Below, in pieces: positions 1-7,806 of a stretch of DNA of 64,000 bases. Each line of letters starts with the position of its first letter. Position 1 is the first letter of the stretch. Under the pieces are notes generated by a model that saw only the letters and a program-made list of their open reading frames with translations, did not search any database and was not told where the DNA came from. Origin of the DNA: Clostridia bacterium (GTDB lineage Bacteria > Bacillota > Clostridia > Oscillospirales > CAG-272); the NCBI GenBank assembly GCA_017461945.1, contig JAFTSB010000024.1:56592-120591 (forward strand). The letters run 5' to 3'. A program made the position numbers and the translations under genes.

Positions 1-312
1 GTCCCGCTTTCTTATTGGTATTATCAATACAAGAGCAGCCAGTTTGATACCATCCAACAGTTGTATAGGCGTATATCCTGCTATGTGGTCGTGACAGACT
101 CATACATCAACGTGTATGACGCTCTCGATAATATGGGGCGTCCTACTGGCCCCGCAAGCATTTTTAAAAATGAGCTCAAAAAGCGTGATAAAGCGCAGGA
201 TAAAAAAACTGATTTCGGCCGGGTCTTTGGCAAGATATGCGAAGACGCTATGCCGGAATACCTTGAAGAAATGTGTAAAAAAGCTGCCCAGAAGGGTGGT
301 GGAATATATTAA
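1..312 (+). CDS. hypothetical protein, 5'-truncated by window edge
   Basis: Frame 1 has no stop from base 1 to TAA 310-312. The listed ORF 61..312 starts at an internal TTG, so the gene probably begins upstream of the window. Confidence 0.4.
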   Translation, partial: VPLSYWYYQYKSSQFDTIQQLYRRISCYVVVTDSYINVYDALDNMGRPTGPASIFKNELKKRDKAQDKKTDFGRVFGKICEDAMPEYLEEMCKKAAQKGGGIY

Positions 313-393
313 GGCGGTGATCGTATGACTTAGCACATAGCCCATTCTCAAAGCATATCCATATTCCAAAAATTAAAAACAAAGGAGAAAACA

Positions 394-573
394 ATGGCCA
401 GATATTCCAAAGAGGAAAAACGCGCCTACTATGCCGGTATGGGCTATCGTTATGGTAAGTTCGGCAAGGAAATGCGCGTGAAGAAAAAGAATGAGCGTTC
501 TTTCCAGAACGGCTACCGTAAAGCAAAAGCAGGATCCCAAAGAGCTCCCAAAGCCAGATGGGCAAAAAAGTAA
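394..573 (+). CDS. small highly basic protein (59 aa)
   Basis: ATG 394 follows AAAGGAGAA. Translation MARYSKEEKRAYYAGMGYRYGKFGKEMRVKKKNERSFQNGYRKAKAGSQRAPKARWAKK. Below the ORF-track length cutoff; found by reading. Tightly followed by the next gene. Confidence 0.5.
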   Translation: MARYSKEEKRAYYAGMGYRYGKFGKEMRVKKKNERSFQNGYRKAKAGSQRAPKARWAKK

Positions 574-588
574 AGTGAGGTATAAACC

Positions 589-1140
589 ATGAGCAGAAAA
601 ACCAAAAGAATTGCAATCATTGTTGCCGGCGTGCTGGCAGTTGTAATGCTGGTCGCCGTGCTGGGCAAGGCAACCGGCTCGTTTGAAAACCTTTTCCATC
701 CCGACGAATGGGAACTCCGTAAGCCCAATGAGGACAATATGTTTCAGCATGCCACCTTTGCAGGCGGCGAGGATGGCAAGATTGCTTCCGGCGAGAACGG
801 TGTGACCGTCACTCTTTCGGATGACAATGAGATCAAGATCAGCGGCACCGCCGAAAGCGATATGACCGTGGATATTGCCTCCCTTCCTCTGACCTCCGGT
901 GTATCTTACGTATTCGATTCCGGCTTGAACGATGGTTCCAAGGGTACCATGTACCTGGAAATCGTCAATGGTGATAGCACCGTAGCGGCTTGCTACAGCG
1001 CTCCCGTTGTCTTTGAAGGTGTAGCCGCAACCTGCACCGTCCGTCTGCATATTGCAAAGGATTGTGTGACCAATGTTACCCTTCGTCCTGTCATTTGCCA
1101 GGGTGCTGAAGCTGAGGATCTGATCAACTTCTGGAGCTGA
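589..1140 (+). CDS. hypothetical signal-anchored protein (183 aa)
   Basis: N-terminal basic stretch plus hydrophobic helix (RIAIIVAGVLAVVMLVAVLG). GTGAGGT RBS. 4-nt gap to the next gene. Confidence 0.6.
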   Translation: MSRKTKRIAIIVAGVLAVVMLVAVLGKATGSFENLFHPDEWELRKPNEDNMFQHATFAGGEDGKIASGENGVTVTLSDDNEIKISGTAESDMTVDIASLPLTSGVSYVFDSGLNDGSKGTMYLEIVNGDSTVAACYSAPVVFEGVAATCTVRLHIAKDCVTNVTLRPVICQGAEAEDLINFWS

Positions 1141-1144
1141 TCCT

Positions 1145-1900
1145 ATGAAGCTTTTGATTTTCATTGTTGCCGTGCTTGTAGCATTGAGCTTAACGGTGGG
1201 TCTTAGCAATGTGCAGGACCTGCTTCAATCCAATTCTAAAGCAGACGCCAACACTGGTGCTGCCGGGGATTCCGGCAGCACCGGGGATGGGGTAAACGAT
1301 TCGGATACAGAAGTGCCGGAAGTCGTTTTGTTTGACCCCGATGCGGTTACGTTAGATACGATTTCAAATTATAGCAATCAGCTTGAGACGGGCACTTCGT
1401 TGACTTTTTATGGAAGTAATGCAAGTATTTGGAATGTAACTGATGATCCCGATTATTCTTATGATTGGCAAAAGGTTTGCGAGGAGCATTCCAGCCAAAT
1501 TTTTGCCGAAATAAACGGTAATGTCATTTATGTGGATGATCGGATATATCCTACAGATGCTCCTGCAACAGCTGTGTGCACAAATTTTGCTCTTGGTAGT
1601 TTTTGTGCTACCGAAGGATATACATATTATGTGTATTATTGGCTTCGTTCAGGGGAGTTTGGTAGGTTGCGATCGGATAATTGGTACGATCCTAACGAAA
1701 TGGGAGATCAGCAGGTTTATTATCCCTTTGCATTGTACGATGAAGAAGGCAATTCGTATGATTTTACTAACGGTTTTAATCCCGAGGGGAATCTTGAATA
1801 TGAATTGTATTACGGTAGCGGTGTCAATCATGATACCATCGTTTATGGCGGCGAGTTCACAATTTGGATTGTAGGTGTACCTGCCGAATCGGTTGTATAA
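1145..1900 (+). CDS. hypothetical exported protein (251 aa)
   Basis: N-terminal hydrophobic signal/anchor MKLLIFIVAVLVALSLTVGL, then a Gly/Ser/Asp-rich linker and an aromatic-rich domain. Followed by a hairpin terminator. Confidence 0.6.
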   Translation: MKLLIFIVAVLVALSLTVGLSNVQDLLQSNSKADANTGAAGDSGSTGDGVNDSDTEVPEVVLFDPDAVTLDTISNYSNQLETGTSLTFYGSNASIWNVTDDPDYSYDWQKVCEEHSSQIFAEINGNVIYVDDRIYPTDAPATAVCTNFALGSFCATEGYTYYVYYWLRSGEFGRLRSDNWYDPNEMGDQQVYYPFALYDEEGNSYDFTNGFNPEGNLEYELYYGSGVNHDTIVYGGEFTIWIVGVPAESVV

Positions 1901-1902
1901 TC

Positions 1903-1936
1903 AAAGGCCTGCGGCCATGTGGGCCGCAGGCCTTTT
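1903..1936 (+). terminator. rho-independent terminator-like hairpin
   Basis: AAAGGCCTGCGGCC-atgt-GGGCCGCAGGCCTTTT immediately after the stop at 1900. Confidence 0.6.
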
Positions 1937-1953
1937 GTATAGGAGAAAAACGT

Positions 1954-3900
1954 ATGAAAAGAATTTTTTGCTTTATTCTCTGTGTGTTGACCCTGGTGCC
2001 CTTGTTTGCCTTGTGGCCCAGCGCAGAGACCACGGTAGATGTGGTTGGTCAGCTTCAAAATTACACCATTGATGGCAAACCCTTTGACCCCAACGATTAC
2101 CCCTTGAATACATCGGATAAAGGTATTTATTTGCTTGCTCTTCGGGAACGTGGATCCGTGCGCGGCCAGGAGCCTTCTGAATGGAAAAATTACAAATTGG
2201 ATTTGTATCTGTATAATCCTTCCGGCATTCCCATCGAGGACGGCACCGGTACGTTGTTGTGGACATACAGCGAGGAAGTGGATCCAGAGTGGGAGTGGGG
2301 CGAACACACGTTTGCAAGCAACGCCACGTACTATTCCGTGGATTACCGTTTTGTTCGTGTGACCGTTCCTTTTACCTCGGCGCGACCTATTCCTACTGGT
2401 GACAAACGCATTTTCCATTTTTATGAGTTGCGGTTCAATCACGTGATTGGTACGGGAACCGATACAACCTTGGAGGCTGTAATCAACGATACGGAATGTG
2501 TGTATACGGTTTACGGCTTTGAGAGTGACGGTACTATGTCGTATTCCGATGGCCAGACTCGCACTATGGAGCTGGAGCTTCGAGGTACAGCGTGGAGAGC
2601 TGAGAACCCCAAGTCTGAGCTTACCCCCAATATTTATACTGAGATCCCCTCAGTGTATTTCACCATCCCCAGCGAAATCTATAACAATTACGATCGCGTG
2701 GCGCAGATTGCGGCCAATTTCTGGATGTTTCATTCTAAGCCAATTGTGTTGACTAACTCTTCATCATTTGATGCTAAATACGCGGATTATTTAAAAGCCG
2801 GTGTTGATTATGCGGGATTTACAGATAGTCTACCGATGTTATCATATGGCAAACTAAAGTATCTTTTTAATCAAACTTTTGTTACACCTGAATGGGTATA
2901 TAATCCTAATACATACACCCAAAGTTTGTGCAATTATGTTAAAGAGCGCGGCGGTTCGTCTTATAATAAATTCGTCGAGTATGGGAATCACCTGAATTTA
3001 TATTTTTACCGTCAATCCATTGCAATCGACGATGAATCCAATCATTTTCATTTGGCGGTAAGTGATGCAGAATTTGAAAGTTATCTGCAGGGGTATACCG
3101 ATGCGTATTATTCGGATTTTGTAGGCCCTTTGCTTGGCGGCATTGCGCCGGATCTGTATGAATCCAGCTATCGCCACGAGGAAGTGTATTCGTATAACAA
3201 TCCCGAAACTGGCAAGGATGACGATGAAACCACATACAAGTTGACTGATTATAATTTTACGGGAAATTTGAAATGGTGGGATATCCTGGGGTTGTTTGGA
3301 GGTGTAGCCGGTGCAGAGACCGTGGATAAGATTTGTGAGATCACATCCCCTGCAGCCGTTGCTTCTGAATATGCCAATAACCTTGACGGCTTGTGCGACA
3401 AGTACAAGATCGGCAAGGATGATGCCGCAAGCTTTTTAAGTTATCTGCAGAATGCGGATGGCGTTGTGGTCCTGCTTCGCCTGGATGCAGTAGAATATGA
3501 GTGTCACGAGCTGAATGTGTCTCCTGCCATTGATGATGGACAGGCATGGCTTGTGGAAATGAATTTCTATCGCGAAGTGGACGTGACCGAGGTCACCTTT
3601 GAAAAGGATGGCAAATTGACCACTTATAAGGTAATTGCTGACCCGATCAATATCAACGGTGGCGTAGGTGTTAAAAATGATCCTCGACCAGTGGGCTCGC
3701 TTACGATGATTCCCGGGGCTATTTCTAACTGGTGGAAAGGGCTCACGGAAAGCGGAGAAGCATTGTCTATGGCTTTGAAAATGTTTATGGGTGTGGCAAT
3801 TGTGGCCGTTGTGGTTTTTGCAGTTATAAAGGTAGCCGGACTATTTAAGTCAAACAAAATAACGATCGAATACCCTCCCGACAAACGAAAACGAAAATAA
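1954..3900 (+). CDS. large exported protein with N-terminal signal peptide and C-terminal membrane anchor (648 aa)
   Basis: Start moved to ATG 1954 (RBS AGGAGAAAAA; MKRIFCFILCVLTLVPLFALWPSAE). C-terminus FMGVAIVAVVVFAVIKVAGLF followed by the basic tail KSNKITIEYPPDKRKRK. Confidence 0.65.
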   Translation: MKRIFCFILCVLTLVPLFALWPSAETTVDVVGQLQNYTIDGKPFDPNDYPLNTSDKGIYLLALRERGSVRGQEPSEWKNYKLDLYLYNPSGIPIEDGTGTLLWTYSEEVDPEWEWGEHTFASNATYYSVDYRFVRVTVPFTSARPIPTGDKRIFHFYELRFNHVIGTGTDTTLEAVINDTECVYTVYGFESDGTMSYSDGQTRTMELELRGTAWRAENPKSELTPNIYTEIPSVYFTIPSEIYNNYDRVAQIAANFWMFHSKPIVLTNSSSFDAKYADYLKAGVDYAGFTDSLPMLSYGKLKYLFNQTFVTPEWVYNPNTYTQSLCNYVKERGGSSYNKFVEYGNHLNLYFYRQSIAIDDESNHFHLAVSDAEFESYLQGYTDAYYSDFVGPLLGGIAPDLYESSYRHEEVYSYNNPETGKDDDETTYKLTDYNFTGNLKWWDILGLFGGVAGAETVDKICEITSPAAVASEYANNLDGLCDKYKIGKDDAASFLSYLQNADGVVVLLRLDAVEYECHELNVSPAIDDGQAWLVEMNFYREVDVTEVTFEKDGKLTTYKVIADPININGGVGVKNDPRPVGSLTMIPGAISNWWKGLTESGEALSMALKMFMGVAIVAVVVFAVIKVAGLFKSNKITIEYPPDKRKRK

Positions 3901-3926
3901 GAAAAGAGCCCATATGGGCTCTTTTC
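3901..3926. terminator. bidirectional terminator hairpin between convergent genes
   Basis: GAAAAGAGCCCA-tat-GGGCTCTTTTC, flanked by A/T runs on both strands. Confidence 0.7.
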
Positions 3927-4382
3927 TTATTTGTATTGATAGACTGTAAATGTTACATTATAAACGTTTATAAGTTGGGAAGGAGATAGGGAGTCTAATA
4001 TGTTATACGTGAATTGATATTCTTGGTTTGAAGCAAGATCTTTTTCTGTATAGATCTGCTGGCTGATAATTTCGTTATTGCTGTTGTATATGCATATTTT
4101 AAACGACAATTCTTTGTATTTGGCGTATGTTTTAGCATTTACTTGTATTTCACCAAGCTCCAAAACATTTTGATAAGATACGTTTGTTTCTATTTTGGGT
4201 GGGTGTTTTATTATTGCTGTCCATAATGTGGTTTCTTCACCCCAAACCATAGGCTGTTTTTTTAGATTTTTGGCAGTTGTTGCAATGTGGTTTCCAAGTA
4301 GAATTACTGCCAAAATACCAATACAAATAAGCAGTGTGAGTGCCAATATCAATATATTCATACCGTGTCTTTTTGCATCCAT
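3927..4382 (-). CDS. membrane-anchored hypothetical protein (151 aa), AT-rich cargo-like gene
   Basis: Start set at MDAKRHGMNILILALTLLICIGILAVILLG (RBS AGGAGGG, 7-nt spacer). Two 60-nt samples inside gave 28-32% G+C versus 57% in the neighbouring gene. Confidence 0.55.
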   Translation of the reverse strand: MDAKRHGMNILILALTLLICIGILAVILLGNHIATTAKNLKKQPMVWGEETTLWTAIIKHPPKIETNVSYQNVLELGEIQVNAKTYAKYKELSFKICIYNSNNEIISQQIYTEKDLASNQEYQFTYNILDSLSPSQLINVYNVTFTVYQYK

Positions 4383-4410
4383 ATATATCCCTCCTGTGAT
4401 GGCCACCCCC

Positions 4411-4440
4411 ATTATACACCCCCTCACAGCAAAAAGTCAA
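4411..4440 (-). promoter_or_regulatory. sigma-70-like promoter TTGACT-18-TATAAT for gene 3927..4382
   Basis: Minus strand reads TTGACT (4440-4435), an 18-nt spacer, then TATAAT (4416-4411), about 30 nt upstream of the start. Confidence 0.55.
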
Positions 4441-4472
4441 GCCCCGCGGGGACTCCCGTGGGGCCTTATCTT

Positions 4473-4490
4473 TTGAAAGTGCACTTTCAA
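4473..4490. repeat. 18-bp perfect palindrome TTGAAAGTGCACTTTCAA, copy 1
   Basis: Self-complementary. Overlaps the stop codon of mini-ORF 4487..4567 and lies ~33 nt upstream of the -35 above. Confidence 0.8.
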
Positions 4491-4567
4491 CTCGTGAGAC
4501 CAATATATAAACCAAATAAAATTGCGCCTATAGCGATCATTGCAAAAAATATTGTGATGTCATTCAT
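4487..4567 (-). CDS. 26-aa hydrophobic mini-protein (tentative)
   Basis: MNDITIFFAMIAIGAILFGLYIGLTS. Its ATG overlaps the TGA of the 768-aa gene (ATGA). A single predicted TM helix. Confidence 0.35.
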   Translation of the reverse strand: MNDITIFFAMIAIGAILFGLYIGLTS

Positions 4568-6870
4568 CGTTTCTTTTTCCTTTCCAGGTACTCACGCAAA
4601 GCGCGAGCGAGCTTTTGTTGCGCGGGGCGTATTTCAGTGTAGTATTTAAAATCATCCGGGTCCAGGTTCTCGTCGGTCTGCATCAGCGGATCAATGGGCT
4701 CCGGCTTGTCCGCGTCCACGTTGTAGTAGGTGAACAGATCCCGATTTAGGAAGGAATGCGCCTTTTTCATTTCGGGCACCGAGGCGTATTTGTCGCGGTA
4801 TGTGGGTATGTCGTTCAGCCCCACCTTGCACCGGGCGGTCTGCAGCTCAGCAAAGGCCTTGAAATAGTCGGTGGCATAGCGCTCTGCATAGGCCTTTTTG
4901 AACATGATAAAGTATTTTTTCTCCTCCACATCCTTGCTCTCCTTGCCGGCTTGTACGTTTGCCACAGTGGTGGTCTCACAGAGGATATTTTGTTGGTAGT
5001 AGCCGTATAGGTTTCTCCGCCGCAGAAGGTAGCGTGTAAGTACCGCTTGTATACCTTGACCCAGCCAGGTGATCAGATGGTTATTACCCCAGCGTAATCG
5101 ACTTTCGTTCCAGACTCCTCGCCACCATTTTACATATGCACCGAGGATACATTCCTCGATCCAGAATAGCGGCAGGGCCGTGTTGGTCTCCTTGTGCTTT
5201 TCTATGTGCATGATCTGGCAGAGCTCGTGGCCGTCCGCTCCCCAAGAGGATACGCGCTGTGCATTGCAGAATACGTGCATAAAACACCGATTGGCAAGCA
5301 TGGCCGGTTGGCCGGACATCTTGAACCAAGTGTTAAACATATCGTTTTTTTGGTTGCATTCGTCCTCCCTGGCCTTGACCTCCTTCAGCTGGTCCATGTT
5401 CTTGCGCTCCTTGTCGATCTCTGTGACCGATAGTACGCCAAATTCAAAGGCACCAACGTTGGGGTTGTCCTTCAGGATCTTGCGCCCCGGGCGTAGCATA
5501 TCATAGTCCAGAATGTGGCAATATTTGCCCTCGATGTGGATCCGTGCCGGGTCTCGGTGAAAAAAATCCACGTCCACTAAGGGAAAGTTCCCCTCATCCT
5601 CGATGATAAAATCGTCGCGGATCGGCAGATTGGCCAGGATGTAGGAGGTGGTCATGGTGTAGCTGAAATAGGCCTGCACGTATTCCTCCAGGGCATCCCA
5701 GATGGATATAATTTTGAGGTTGTCATCAAACTCGGTGGCATATTGCTCCACATCGTAATGCCAGATCAGCTCTGGCTTTTGGGTAAAAGCATAGGTGAGC
5801 CGCTGCACACGGACCCAGTTGCGAGCTGACACCCAATGCTTGATGGTGCCGTCGTGTATGCGGTCTTTGATGGTCAGCTCGAATGTGATCCACGGAAAGC
5901 GTGGGAATTTTTCTTGGTTTTCGTTCAGGATCGTCAGGTACTCCTTGCGGTCCATGGCCGCCCGGGTGATGGTCATATCGGTCTGTGCCATATCCTTGCC
6001 GGCACGCATGGGAGCCGCAAAGAAGGTGGCTTGTGGAGCCTCCTCCAGCATTCCCTTGTTGCGCGCCTCCATATGCTGCAAGCGGTCCATACCCTTGTGC
6101 TGCCGCCACTTATCAAATAGCCAAATGAAAAGCGCCGCCCAGCAGATCCCCGGCAGTACGTGCCAGGTCAGGAGCATATCCACCACCAGCTTTAGGCATT
6201 GCCGCCCAAGGGTGGAGAAATCCAGAAAATTGAGAATGTAAAAATAGTAGGCCAGAAATTCCAGTACCAGGGTGTATACGCCCAGGTATAGCAGCCATAT
6301 GGCAAGGAACGCGGTCCACCACCGGGAGCTGCGGAAAAAGTCCCAGAAATCCCAGAGCCAGTCCACCACGTGGCGCCAGGGCCGCACGATCCACCGTTTC
6401 CACCCTCGCAAGGACTTTGTGTCCTGGCCATAGTCGTTATTGATATCATCCCAGGTGATGGCCACCGGGATTGCAAGGATCAGTATCACGATCAAGGCAA
6501 TGGATAGATAATATAGAAATCGGGTCAGATGGTAGAGCAGAAAAATCAAGTATTGCAGAAAGTTTTGTCCTACCCAAATGTGGTCTTTCAGCTCGGTGAG
6601 CTTGCGGACGATCTCGGCCAGATCAATACCGATCTCGCTTTGCAAATTCACCGCCGAGAAGTCGTTGACCGTCTGCCGGAAGGGGAGACGGTCTCCCAGC
6701 TCGATCAGATCGGCAAAGGTGTAGGCGATGATGCGGCCAAAGTCGCTGATGCCCTCCAGGAGTCTGTAGAACGGATATTGATAAACGAATACTCCCAGGG
6801 CCACGGATCCCAGGATGATACCAAGGCACAGCCAGTGCCGCCAGTTAATGCTTTTGATCTTTTTCAGCAT
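4564..6870 (-). CDS. polytopic membrane protein with a large C-terminal soluble domain (768 aa); function unknown
   Basis: Start trimmed from TTG 6885 to ATG 6870 (MLKKIKS). At least 5 hydrophobic helices in the first ~260 aa, with a Trp-rich segment WKRWIVRPWRHVVDWLWDFWDFF. Walker-A-like AAPMRAGKD at nt 5992-6018. Confidence 0.7.
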   Translation of the reverse strand: MLKKIKSINWRHWLCLGIILGSVALGVFVYQYPFYRLLEGISDFGRIIAYTFADLIELGDRLPFRQTVNDFSAVNLQSEIGIDLAEIVRKLTELKDHIWVGQNFLQYLIFLLYHLTRFLYYLSIALIVILILAIPVAITWDDINNDYGQDTKSLRGWKRWIVRPWRHVVDWLWDFWDFFRSSRWWTAFLAIWLLYLGVYTLVLEFLAYYFYILNFLDFSTLGRQCLKLVVDMLLTWHVLPGICWAALFIWLFDKWRQHKGMDRLQHMEARNKGMLEEAPQATFFAAPMRAGKDMAQTDMTITRAAMDRKEYLTILNENQEKFPRFPWITFELTIKDRIHDGTIKHWVSARNWVRVQRLTYAFTQKPELIWHYDVEQYATEFDDNLKIISIWDALEEYVQAYFSYTMTTSYILANLPIRDDFIIEDEGNFPLVDVDFFHRDPARIHIEGKYCHILDYDMLRPGRKILKDNPNVGAFEFGVLSVTEIDKERKNMDQLKEVKAREDECNQKNDMFNTWFKMSGQPAMLANRCFMHVFCNAQRVSSWGADGHELCQIMHIEKHKETNTALPLFWIEECILGAYVKWWRGVWNESRLRWGNNHLITWLGQGIQAVLTRYLLRRRNLYGYYQQNILCETTTVANVQAGKESKDVEEKKYFIMFKKAYAERYATDYFKAFAELQTARCKVGLNDIPTYRDKYASVPEMKKAHSFLNRDLFTYYNVDADKPEPIDPLMQTDENLDPDDFKYYTEIRPAQQKLARALREYLERKKKR

Positions 6871-6877
6871 AGACACC

Positions 6878-6976
6878 TCATACAACGTAACGAAGCAGAA
6901 ATGCCAGATAGCCGAGGAACAAAGCCCCGGCTAAAATGGCAATAACGGTCAGCGTGCGCAGAACGATCTTTTTCAT
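6878..6976 (-). CDS. 32-aa hydrophobic mini-protein (tentative)
   Basis: MKKIVLRTLTVIAILAGALFLGYLAFLLRYVV. ATGA overlap with the upstream 61-aa ORF. Ends just before the start of the 768-aa gene. Confidence 0.4.
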   Translation of the reverse strand: MKKIVLRTLTVIAILAGALFLGYLAFLLRYVV

Positions 6977-7158
6977 TGCTCGTCCTCCTGAATTTCAGTA
7001 ATGGTAAACCATCCGGCACAAGGATACCCGGCGCAGTCCTTGCACCATTCCTCGCCATCAATGGCCGCCCGGATGGGATCGGTAAAGTCCTTGGTCATTG
7101 CCACGTGATCATTGTGGCAGCTCTCCAGCTCGGAGTAGTACGTGACACGGTAGATCAT
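6973..7158 (-). CDS. small Cys-containing hypothetical protein (61 aa)
   Basis: ORF-track entry. ATGA overlaps at both ends. Contains SCHNDH and CKDCAGYPC. Confidence 0.5.
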   Translation of the reverse strand: MIYRVTYYSELESCHNDHVAMTKDFTDPIRAAIDGEEWCKDCAGYPCAGWFTITEIQEDEQ

Positions 7159-7301
7159 GTGCCCCTCCTCTTGAATTTTGTCGTAGCGACTTTGTCGCCG
7201 GTTTCACGATCAAAGATCGCCAGATATCCATTTTCGTCCGCGGCATAGGTGAAATACTGTTCATCCCAATATCTTTGGGCGATGCATTCTTCTTTGGTCA
7301 T
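7155..7301 (-). CDS. small hypothetical protein (48 aa)
   Basis: MTKEECIAQRYWDEQYFTYAADENGYLAIFDRETGDKVATTKFKRRGT. RBS GGAGGTAACA before ATG 7301. Stop overlaps the next ATG. Confidence 0.45.
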   Translation of the reverse strand: MTKEECIAQRYWDEQYFTYAADENGYLAIFDRETGDKVATTKFKRRGT

Positions 7302-7318
7302 TGTTACCTCCTTTGATT

Positions 7319-7336
7319 TTGAAAGTGCACTTTCAA
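7319..7336. repeat. 18-bp perfect palindrome TTGAAAGTGCACTTTCAA, copy 2
   Basis: Identical to copy 1. Intergenic, between gene 7368..7760 and the RBS of 7155..7301. Confidence 0.8.
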
Positions 7337-7355
7337 GGGCGGCGCTGCCGCCCTT
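7335..7355 (-). terminator. GC-rich hairpin abutting palindrome copy 2 (attenuator/terminator-like)
   Basis: AAGGGCGGC-gct-GCCGCCCTT. No clean U-tract, so function is uncertain. Confidence 0.35.
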
Positions 7356-7367
7356 GGTGCGTGTAGA

Positions 7368-7760
7368 TTATCCGTATACGATTTTGCCAAACAATGCGTA
7401 TTGCAAGCAAGCATCGGCGCTGTCATCATCGTCCATAAGCGCCATGCCGATTCCGTCCAAAAGCTTTAGCAGGGTCAGCTCCCATTCCTCGTCTTCGTCC
7501 TCTATGTCAAACAGCGTGACCGCCTTTCCTTCCAAAAGGAGTTGGCAAGCGTATTGGCTGACCGGTAGTCCATGGGGCTTTTGGACCCATTCAGGCGTTG
7601 TGTTGTTGACTCCAACCCAATAATTGCTTTCGCATTCGAGGGCATCTACAACGATGTCCTCAATTTGTTCTGGTGTGATCTTGCATACCACGTTGAAGGT
7701 GCGCTCGCGGATTTCTTTTCTCAAAGAGTAGGTGCATCCGTTCTTTACATACATATCCAT
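7368..7760 (-). CDS. acidic hypothetical protein (130 aa)
   Basis: ORF-track entry. Acidic run DIEDEDEEWE and DDDDSAD. In an operon with the SprT-like gene. Confidence 0.6.
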   Translation of the reverse strand: MDMYVKNGCTYSLRKEIRERTFNVVCKITPEQIEDIVVDALECESNYWVGVNNTTPEWVQKPHGLPVSQYACQLLLEGKAVTLFDIEDEDEEWELTLLKLLDGIGMALMDDDDSADACLQYALFGKIVYG

Positions 7761-7806
7761 ATCAATTTCCTTTCTGCGGGGGAAAACCGCCCCCGCTCGG
7801 TATTTT

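Noticed and set aside
373-1209. Minus-strand 278-aa ORF overlapping genes 394..573 and 589..1140
   Set aside because: The plus-strand genes have RBSs, tight spacing and plausible signal anchors. The minus-strand ORF has no RBS and spans two plus-strand genes.
1864-1953. N-terminal extensions given by the ORF track (1864 for the 648-aa protein; also 6885, 8505, 22224, 25985, 28922, 36359, 49069, 49274, 53378, 55912, 61764, 63645)
   Set aside because: The extensions start at alternative codons, run through terminators or promoters, or precede an internal ATG with a strong GGAGG-type RBS followed by a canonical N-terminus (signal peptide or conserved family start). Starts were moved accordingly but remain predictions.
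5992-6018. Calling the 768-aa membrane protein an ATPase on the basis of AAPMRAGKD
   Set aside because: The motif deviates from GxxxxGK[ST] (it starts with Ala and ends GKD), and the putative Walker B is ~200 residues away. I kept it only as a hypothesis in the findings, not as an annotation.
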